Part shown: positions 1 to 6,118 of the stretch, in pieces | Position numbering within the stretch: the first letter of the stretch is position 1 | How the letters are laid out: the number at the start of each line of letters is the position of its first letter | Assembly (NCBI RefSeq): GCF_006345805.1 | Contig: NW_021829417.1 | Span: 1 to 6,222, forward strand | DNA: 6,222 nucleotides | Source: Octopus sinensis | Lineage: Eukaryota | Direction: 5' to 3' | The notes under the pieces: model-generated | Database searches by the model: none | Seen by the model: only the letters and a program-made list of their open reading frames with translations | What the model was told of the DNA's origin: nothing | Made by a program: the position numbers and the translations under genes

Positions 1-149
1 GTCAATGGAGGATTCTGGCAGACAAACAACATAAATAATACAAATAGATAAGAGGAATAAATAAAAACAAATAGAAATACACAAGACAGCTGTCTTTCTC
101 TTTTTCCGTCTGAATGATGGAAAGCTAAGTCAGGTTGGTGGTGGTGGAA

Positions 150-170
150 GGGGTGGGCCGGCGGGCAGGG
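150..170 (+). other. Canonical G-quadruplex motif
   Basis: GGGG-T-GGG-CCGGC-GGG-CA-GGG: four G3+ runs with loops of 1-5 nt. This is a motif match only; folding is not shown. Confidence 0.6.
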
Positions 171-180
171 AGCGAGAGAG

Positions 181-463
181 AGAGAGAGTCTTAAGGGGGG
201 TGAAGTGGGAGTGGAGAAACGATGGGGGGTGAGGGTGGAGTATGAATTAGAGGCGGAGGAGGAGGAGGAGGAGAAAAAGGTTTTGGTTTCATAGAGAGGA
301 TGAAGAAAGAGTGAGAGAGTAAGAGAGAGTCTTAAGGGGGTGAAGTGGGAGTGGAGAAACGATGGGGGGTGAGGGTGGAGTATGAATTAGAGGAGAAGGA
401 GGAGGAGGGGGTAAAGGTTTTGGTTTCAAAGAGAGGATGAAGAAAGAGTGAGAGAGAGAGTAA
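181..463. repeat. Two-copy tandem duplication of a ~141-bp purine-rich unit
   Basis: Unit 1 is 181-321 and unit 2 is 322-463. TGAAGTGGGAGTGGAGAAACGATGGGGGGTGAGGGTGGAGTATGAATTAGAGG is identical at 201 and 341. Differences are mostly in the G-run, the (GGA)n tract and the (GA)n tract. Confidence 0.95.
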
Positions 464-499
464 GATGGAAAATGTGAGAAAGAGGGATACATAGAGAGA

Positions 500-520
500 G
501 GGAGAGGGAGAGAGGGAGGG
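500..520 (+). other. Canonical G-quadruplex motif in a polypurine tract
   Basis: GGG-AGA-GGG-AGAGA-GGG-A-GGG. Motif match only. Confidence 0.55.
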
Positions 521-644
521 AGAGAGTAGGGGGTAATCTCACTTGGTTACTCCTCCACTTACGGATTCCTTGACCATCTATCACTTCTAGCACCAACACC
601 ACCCCTCAGCACCTCTATCCTATCTGCGGGGGGTGGGGGAAGGA

Positions 645-980
645 CTTTGTGTGGACATTCACTATGCTTGACATCATAGTCAAATCTCCCCTCAAGTCTC
701 CATTTTACTATCTTACAAAACAGTGGATGGAATGATACATTAGACAGATAATGTAGACACATAGACACACTGTGTTTGACTGTCGAGGTGGTCAAGAGGG
801 GAACGCTTTTGATCATAGGAGGACGGCTATGAATGACTTCTGATCTGTGGTTAAATAACAGGAGACACTTCCATTCCCAACCCTTTGACTGTCAGGATGG
901 TCAAGGAGAGAACGCTTTTTCATCATAGGCGGGCTGCTATAAATGAGATCCGACCTGTGGTTAAACAACAACAACAACAA
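645..980 (+). mobile_element. Decayed non-LTR retroelement/SINE 3' portion with (CAA)n tail, 3' end duplicated
   Basis: Ends in GTTAAA(CAA)5. It shares blocks with the reverse complement of 3248-3437: ATAGTCAAATCTCCCCTCAAGT vs ATAGTGAAATCTACTACAAGT, GATGGTCAAG vs GATAGTCACG, and TTAAACAACAAC vs CTAAACAACAAC. It also resembles an abundant Octopus repeat as I recall it (unverified). The 5' boundary is approximate. Confidence 0.5.
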
Positions 981-1008
981 CAGCAGCAGACACTTCCACT
1001 CATACCCC
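775..1008. repeat. Diverged two-copy tandem duplication (~110-125 bp unit)
   Basis: 775-883 vs 884-1008. By manual alignment 66/81 positions match (plus one gap) from TTTGACTGTC to CTGTGGTTAAA. Both copies are followed by AGACACTTCCA (863-873 and 988-998). Confidence 0.9.
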
Positions 1009-1176
1009 CAACGCGTCAACCCCCCTCGCCCTCTCCACTCCAACCACAAGCAACCCACCCACCCAACCACGACCACCACCACCATTGCCACGACCGTACT
1101 TAAACTTACATCGGGGGTTTTGGTACAAAAGATGGATGGGACTACACTGATGAGTGAGCAAGTGAAACCAACCACC

Positions 1177-1259
1177 AAACCAACCAACCAACCAACCAGC
1201 CAGCCAGCCAGCAAGCAAGCCACGACCACCACCACCAACAACAACAGCAGCAGCAGCTG
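1177..1259. repeat. Compound microsatellite (CCAA/CCAG/GCAA/CCA/CAA/CAG)
   Basis: Successive short tandem motifs are directly visible. Confidence 0.9.
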
Positions 1260-1362
1260 TAGGAAGGAGCATAAATGATGGAAAGACATATAATATGTAA
1301 AACTGTAATGCTAATGAAAAGAATGGATTGATGGAACGAAACTACACTAGAATGTTCTTCGC

Positions 1363-1416
1363 GATGATGCTGATGATGATGCTGATGATGATGATTATAG
1401 TGGTGGTGGTGGTGGT
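1363..1416. repeat. Imperfect (GAT)n followed by (TGG)n microsatellite
   Basis: Directly visible. Confidence 0.9.
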
Positions 1417-1501
1417 GATGCTGACATTTGCTGCTGCTTAACTTTTACATTCCTGACTTTTAAGCAGACAACAGCTATTAATCAGTGTAAAAGGGAACGA
1501 G

Positions 1502-1502
<1 letters not shown>

Positions 1503-1530
<28 letters not shown>
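1503..1530. repeat. (GAAA)7 microsatellite in a purine-rich tract
   Basis: Directly visible. Confidence 0.95.
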
Positions 1531-1532
<2 letters not shown>

Positions 1533-1613
1533 GAAAGAGAGGAGACCAAGAAAGAAAGAAAGAGAGAAAGAGGGATGGAGAAGCGAAAGAGAGAAAGGTG
1601 TGTACGTGTGTTG

Positions 1614-1614
<1 letters not shown>

Positions 1615-1656
<42 letters not shown>
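1615..1656. repeat. (TG)21 microsatellite
   Basis: Directly visible. Confidence 0.97.
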
Positions 1657-1659
<3 letters not shown>

Positions 1660-1767
1660 GACAGCTTGTCATTGAGAAGGATGGAAAGCACTAAATCAGT
1701 GCAAAGGGAACTCAAGAGAGAAACAGACACTATAAAACAGAGAGACAGAGAGAGGGAGGGAGAGGAC

Positions 1768-1798
<31 letters not shown>

Positions 1799-1878
1799 AG
1801 GAAAAAGAGGGAAATTGGGATGGGGGTGAGAGTGAGTTAAGAGAGACAGCTCAGTCATGGAGAAGGTTGAAAAGCACT
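1660..1878. repeat. Pair of ~34-bp direct repeats (1660-1692 and 1845-1878)
   Basis: GACAGCT-TGTCATTGAGAAGGATGGAAAGCACT vs GACAGCTCAGTCATGGAGAAGGTTGAAAAGCACT: 29/34 identical. Confidence 0.85.
1768..1799. repeat. (AGAA)8 microsatellite
   Basis: Directly visible. Confidence 0.95.
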
Positions 1879-2149
1879 GATATATAAAATTGTGGTCATT
1901 CCGAAACTCTGGGTTTCTGATTATGTCTCGTAGCCAAAAGCATAAGAGTGTGGTCGAAGTGGTTTGTTGTAAATGCACGCATTTCATGTTGTAGAACATG
2001 TATGTATATGAATATGTAGATCTGTATCTATCATATATGCACAGTTTACACATACACACACACGCACATACTCATGCTTACTAATATAAAAAAAAATTGG
2101 GTAAAAATATATAACATTCAGTAAAGTGATGTATACAGCAGTGTAAATG

Positions 2150-2173
2150 TATATATATATATATATATATATA
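2150..2173. repeat. (TA)12 microsatellite
   Basis: Directly visible. Confidence 0.95.
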
Positions 2174-2225
2174 GTACTAAGCAATAAAGGGTTTAGCAAC
2201 GAATTGCCTTACCACATACCGAATT

Positions 2226-2243
2226 TAGAAATAGCAGTCAAAG
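2226..2243 (+). mobile_element. Short fragment of the (CAA)-tailed repeat family
   Basis: TAGAAATAGCAGTCA matches the reverse complement of ~3915-3930 (TAGAAACAGCAGTTA) at 13/15. The match is very short, so support is weak. Confidence 0.3.
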
Positions 2244-2282
2244 AGTTATAGCTATTTCTTCTACTAAAAAGGAGATCTCAGT

Positions 2283-2352
2283 TATATATATATATATAAT
2301 ATATATATATAGAGATATAGATAGATATAGAGAGAGAGAGAGAGAGAGAGAG
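2283..2352. repeat. Compound (TA)n/(GATA)/(AG)n microsatellite
   Basis: Directly visible. Confidence 0.95.
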
Positions 2353-2789
2353 GGAGGGAGGGAGAGTGGTGGAGAGAGAGAGTGGAGGTGGGGAGCGCAG
2401 TAAGTAGAAAGCTCATTGCACGGGCTGTCATTGGTTTCGCGATCAAAGTCTTCAGGCCCAGTTTTTATCTCTGCGCGACTTCACATATATATATTTTCTC
2501 TTCGTATGTACATTATTATATAATTCGTTCGAAGTAAATAAGAGATACAAACAGTAGCGTGTAGATAGATAGATACGAGGTTTAAAACCTCTTTGAATAG
2601 AATCATTCGGAGGGCTGCCTGTGGGACAAGAACTCACATTTCTTTATAAAGACAGGCGTTCTACCTTTTATGACAAACGTGAGCGCGCGCGCGTGTAAGT
2701 GTAAGGCTTTGAAAATAGCCATGTCTATCAACCAGAAAATAAATGGTTCAAAGAATGACAGAAAAAAGCCAAAGCCAAATTCCATTGTT

Positions 2790-2952
2790 TGTTCTGTCCA
2801 ACACCACCTATTACCAGAAACAACTAGAGGAGGGATACGTTGTCTGTCCAGCACTCCTTCATCACCAGGTGGGCACTGTCTGACACATTATATCGAAATT
2901 ACTACCTCCTCTACCATCACCCACACTACGAGAGGTCTGTTCTGTCCAACAC
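2790..2952. repeat. Degenerate direct repeats with an exact 15-bp core
   Basis: TGTTCTGTCCAACAC occurs exactly at 2790-2804 and 2938-2952. Variants are TGTCTGTCCAGCAC at 2841-2854 and CTGTCTGACAC at 2876-2886. Confidence 0.7.
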
Positions 2953-3247
2953 AAACCCGCCACCTCTACAACTCCCACCAGTACCAAACATAGTTAGATA
3001 GAGATGTATTAGGAAATGAAAAACAGAGACGGAGGGGTAGAAATTATACCGAGAGAGAGCAAGAGAGAATAAGATAAATGACAGAAATGTGAGAAACAAC
3101 GAAAGAAGAATGAGGAGGAGAAGGATGAAGATTTTAGAATGAGGGGTAGTAGCAAAGTCAGGAATTTCGTAGTGGTTTGTATTGAAGAAGGAGGAAAATG
3201 TGGTGACTATGCTGTTTAGATGCTGTATATGATTGAGGCAGCCTCTC

Positions 3248-3437
3248 GTTGTTGTTTAGTTTCAGTTCTCAAAGCTGTCTGAATACACCAACTCGTGAAA
3301 TGTATTCCAGCCGTGACTATCTCGTTTTAGTGTTTTTTGAAAAGCTATATTTTTAAATGAATTTCGTGTTTTAAGGTGAAAAATTACAAGTTACTTGTAG
3401 TAGATTTCACTATATCTAGTGGGACTTCCATTAGCTC
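3248..3437 (-). mobile_element. Decayed copy of the (CAA)-tailed retroelement/SINE family
   Basis: The reverse complement reads GAGCTAATGG...CTAGATATAGTGAAATCT...GATAGTCACGGCTGGAATAC...CTAAACAACAAC, colinear with 645-980. It matches a recalled Octopus repeat (unverified). Confidence 0.55.
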
Positions 3438-3639
3438 ATGTGTGGGGGGAGGTGTGTGTGTGAGAGAGGGGTAAAGTGGTTATTTAGTTCTAGGTTAGCC
3501 CTTATTGTGTAGCCCTATAATAAGAAGGATCAGTCCTGTCGTCAGCCCTGACCGGACTGACACTCCAGTAGTAATCATCCTATTTTTTAACGAGGGAGCC
3601 CAGGAGCACTTTAACCGACCTTATCCTTCTCAGGGTGGC

Positions 3640-3908
3640 ACGTGATCTGTGTGGCGAGCTGGCGGCGAGCTGGCAGAATCGTTAGCACGCCGGGCGAAAT
3701 GCGTAGCCGTATTTCGTCTGTCGTTACGTTGTGAGTTCAAATTCCGCCGAGGTGGACTTTGCCTTTCATCCTTTCGGGGTCGATAAATTAAGTACCAGTT
3801 ACGCACTGGGGTCGATGTAATCGACTTAATACCTATGTCTGTCCTTGTTTGTCCCCTCTGTGTTTAGCCCCTTGTGGGTAATAAAGAAATAGGTACGTGA
3901 TCTGTGTG
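3640..3908. repeat. 14-bp target-site duplication ACGTGATCTGTGTG (3640-3653 and 3895-3908)
   Basis: Exact direct repeat immediately flanking the SINE. Confidence 0.95.
3654..3894 (+). mobile_element. Full-length young tRNA-derived SINE (Octopus-type), ~240 bp
   Basis: A-box-like TGGCAGAATCG (3671-3681) and B-box-like GTTCAAATTCC (3735-3745). Central block is CTTTGCCTTTCATCCTTTCGGGGTCGATAAATTAAGTACCAG and the 3' end is ...TAATAAAGAAATAGGT. It is flanked by a perfect 14-bp direct repeat, and a second ~94% identical copy lies at 5492-5687 on the minus strand. Confidence 0.93.
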
Positions 3909-4122
3909 AGAGTTAACTGCTGTTTCTATCTGAGCAGTCGGATTGGACACGCAAGAACGACCGTCTTTCTTGGCAAACTTGTTTGTGGTCAATAAATGTA
4001 GATGTCTACGTGATGTCGAGGTCGTTGTCGTGAGTGATTTTAAAAGATACAGAGTGGAGAAGTAAAAATAAAAGAGACGTCTGCTATGTGAACAGGAAGA
4101 GGAAGGAGATGTCAAATGAGGA

Positions 4123-4149
4123 GAAGAAGAAGAAGAAGAAGAAGAAGAA
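4123..4149. repeat. (GAA)9 microsatellite
   Basis: Directly visible. Confidence 0.95.
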
Positions 4150-4381
4150 AGGCAGGAGAAGACATGAAAAAACAAGGACAGACGAAATAGAGACAGGAGT
4201 GGTCGTTCACTGCACCAGTTTTTAGTCATGCTCCTAAAAAGAACACAGACAGCTTACGGCTGCGTTAAAAGTCAATGCTTTGGGTTGCTTTTATGTTAAT
4301 GGACTTAGATTGTTTTTATTGGTTGGTATTTCGTAAGTTTTTTTTTTTATGGTGGACAGAGGGTTAGATGGTACATAAGTG

Positions 4382-4382
<1 letters not shown>

Positions 4383-4444
<62 letters not shown>
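4383..4444. repeat. (TATC)4(TA)23 compound microsatellite
   Basis: Directly visible. Confidence 0.97.
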
Positions 4445-4452
<8 letters not shown>

Positions 4453-4537
4453 ACATGTACACACGAAAAAAGGGACGCGTAAGCAGGGGTTGTTCTTGGT
4501 GGAATTTCCATTTGAAGTTTATAGGATCAAGACGCAT

Positions 4538-4671
4538 TGTGTGTGTGTGTGTGTGTGTGCATGTGTTTGTGTGTGTGTGTTTGTGTGTGTGCGTGTGTGT
4601 TTGTGTTTGTGTGTTTGTGTGTGTGTGCATGTGTGTGTGTGTGTGTGTGTGTGTGTTTGTGTGTGTGTGTG
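4538..4671. repeat. Imperfect (TG)n microsatellite, ~134 bp
   Basis: Directly visible, with TT, CA and CG interruptions. Confidence 0.97.
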
Positions 4672-4947
4672 GATACAAGGATGGCTATATGGATGAATAG
4701 AAAGATAGGCAGACGAAAAGACAGCCAGAGTAAAAAAGGGAGGAACAAAAAAACGAGAGACTAGGACGGACAGACAGACGGACAGAAAAGGTTGGTGATA
4801 TAAAAACCAGGAATGAGGAAATGCCAAACTCTCTGGCTGGCAGCATTTTAAAGACAAACACACACGACCACCGAATTCTAAAGATGAAAGTGAGCGAAGG
4901 CAGGATACATAAATGAGATATGTAGATGGAGGTATAGAAAAGAAAAC

Positions 4948-4986
<39 letters not shown>
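4948..4986. repeat. (ATA)13 microsatellite
   Basis: Directly visible. Confidence 0.97.
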
Positions 4987-4988
<2 letters not shown>

Positions 4989-5164
4989 CCCAAATATAAT
5001 CTGGAGTAATTGAATAAAGAAAAAAGGGGCGAGGACAGCGCAAAAGGATAAGGAGTGGCAAGAAATAGGGAGGGGTAGGGCAAGAAAAAGGGTTACATAA
5101 TTATAGAAACCTAGGTGCGCTGAATTTAGCTTTCATCTCTTTCAGGTGAATTTAAAGTATATTG

Positions 5165-5340
5165 TATTATTCTTTCAGTGGGTTCGGTGACCGGCCATGC
5201 CGCAGCACCGCCTTCGTGTATTTTAGTCCTTATTCAAATTCTACCGGTTGCTTTCTTTTGAAAGCACTAAGGTTACATGAATGTAAGCAAAGCAACATCG
5301 GTTGTTAGGTGTTGAAAGATAAGCATACATAAATATATAT
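5165..5340 (-). mobile_element. Probable decayed 3' half of a different Octopus SINE family
   Basis: The blocks TTTCAGT...GGCCATGC...AGCACCGCCTT...TTCTACCGGT...CTAAGGTTAC...CATCGGTTGT followed by an AT microsatellite occur in the order I recall for an abundant Octopus SINE (reverse strand ...GGCGGTGCTCCAGCATGGCC...ACTGAAA). There is no second copy in the window to confirm this. Confidence 0.45.
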
Positions 5341-5400
5341 TTATCTAATTAGTGACGAAGGTTGGGAAACGCAAGAATATTCTAATTAGACAATCCGCGA

Positions 5401-5738
5401 TGGTACCTTTGTCGTTTAGAGCACTGAAAGAATGGAAAACGATTATCGATCTCGGCCGAATTTGAACTCAGAATGTAAAGACAAACGAAATACCTATTTC
5501 TTTATTACCCACAAGGGGCTAAACACAGAGGGGACAAAAAAGGACAGGCAAACGGATTAAGTCGATTACATCGACCCCAGTGCGTAACTGGTACTTAATT
5601 TATCGACCCAGAAAGGATGAAAGGCAAAGTCGACCTCGGCGGAATTTGAACTCAGAACGTAGTAGCGACAGACGAAATACCGCTAAGGCCTTCCGTTAAG
5701 CATTTTGTCCAACCTTGCAAATGATTTCTGTCAGCTCG
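5401..5738 (-). mobile_element. Older, diverged copy of the same tRNA-derived SINE family, split by the insertion at 5492-5692
   Basis: The head 5738-5693 (rc CGAGCTGACAGAAATCATTTGCAAGGTTGGACAAAATGCTTAACGG) joins in register to 5494-5401 (rc GGTATTTCGTTTGTCTTTACATTCTGAGTTCAAATTCGGCCGAGATCGA...GGTACCA). 5446-5494 matches the young copy at 43/49 positions, ignoring a 3-nt indel. Confidence 0.85.
5492..5692 (-). mobile_element. Young 5'-truncated SINE copy (no A box)
   Basis: The reverse complement of 5492-5687 aligns to 3702-3894 with 11 mismatches and one 3-nt (TAC) indel, and has the same 3' terminus ...AAGAAATAGGT. Confidence 0.93.
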
Positions 5739-5758
5739 TAATAATAATAATAATAATA

Positions 5759-5791
<33 letters not shown>
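5739..5791. repeat. (AAT)n microsatellite, one slip at 5760
   Basis: Directly visible; abuts the head of the old SINE. Confidence 0.97.
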
Positions 5792-5988
5792 GAAGTAGTT
5801 CTTTGCACGCAGATCCGAATTTACTAAAGATGCGTCAAGAAAAAAAAATAATAAATAAAAAGTATCCTAAAAAAACCAAAAAAAAACATAAAAAACAGCA
5901 AATTATGATAAAAGAAAAAAAAAGCTACCATAAATTGCAACGAACACCGACGGAGTCTACAGCATTACTGAGATAAAAAATAAAACAC

Positions 5989-6027
<39 letters not shown>
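5989..6027. repeat. (AT)n microsatellite, one interruption
   Basis: Directly visible. Confidence 0.95.
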
Positions 6028-6030
<3 letters not shown>

Positions 6031-6060
6031 AAAAAAACCGAATGCTCTGAATAGACTGAC

Positions 6061-6118
6061 GATGATGATGATGATGATGGTTATGATGCTGATGACGCAG
6101 ATGGCGATGGCGGTGATG
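6061..6118. repeat. (GAT)6 decaying into GAT/GGC triplets
   Basis: Directly visible. Confidence 0.85.

Larger units (their letters stand above)
3505..3955 (-). mobile_element. Another decayed copy of the (CAA)-tailed family, interrupted by the young SINE at 3654-3894
   Basis: The reverse complement reads TAGAAACAGCAGTTAACTCTCACACAGATCAC [SINE] ... AAAAAATAGGATGATTACTACTGGAGTG ... GGTCAGGGCTGAC ... GGGCTACACAAT. The block order is the same as in the other remnants. Assignment is partly from memory of the family consensus, and the boundaries are approximate. Confidence 0.45.

Noticed and set aside
567-907. 12-bp inverted repeat TCCTTGACCATC (567-578) / GATGGTCAAGGA (896-907)
   Set aside because: Roughly one 12-bp match is expected by chance in a window this size. 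There is no TSD or other sign of a MITE.
717-954. Apparent duplicated (mutually exclusive) exons on the minus strand, each after TTTAACCACAG
   Set aside because: The acceptor-like motif is the reverse complement of the retroelement 3' end. The two units differ by a 1-nt frameshift and lack matching donor sites.
1120-1169. Hammerhead ribozyme-like core: CTGATGA (1147-1153) ... GAAAC (1164-1168), with a possible stem III TTGGT/ACCAA and a GTA cleavage triplet
   Set aside because: Stem II (GTGAGCAAGT) and stem I (CAAAAG...ACTACA) do not base-pair, so the three-way junction cannot form.
813-1289. Overlapping ORFs with poly-Q/N/T/H/L/V runs (813-1289, 885-1103, 943-1278, 1000-1272)
   Set aside because: Both strands and several frames are open because the triplet microsatellites lack stop codons. 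The non-repetitive part is a retroelement remnant, and no domain is recognisable.
2213-2263. 48/51-nt candidate exon with a NAGNAG acceptor and GTG|GTAAGG donor (minus strand)
   Set aside because: It overlaps a probable repeat fragment, its phase is incompatible with the nearest candidate exon, and the peptide is unrecognised.
2790-2952. CRISPR-like repeat-spacer array
   Set aside because: The context is eukaryotic, the repeats are only 11-15 bp and degenerate with irregular spacing, and there are no cas genes.
3385-3399. Interrupted palindrome TACAAGT-T-ACTTGTA
   Set aside because: It has only 7-bp arms within a decayed repeat, which is compatible with chance.
3530-3560. Hairpin TCAGTCC...GTCA-GCCC-TGAC...GGACTGA
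   Set aside because: The stems are short and bulged and lie inside a decayed repeat remnant; there is no functional context.
3661-3750. tRNA gene
   Set aside because: A- and B-box-like motifs are present, but I cannot fold a cloverleaf. The sequence continues into a SINE body and is flanked by a TSD.
4368-5083. Stack of ORFs (VC/HT/IY/Y/L repeats), plus similar ORFs at 289-492, 1478-2199 and 3864-4229
   Set aside because: They are translations of (TG)n, (TA)n, (AAT)n, (GAA)n and GA-rich tracts.
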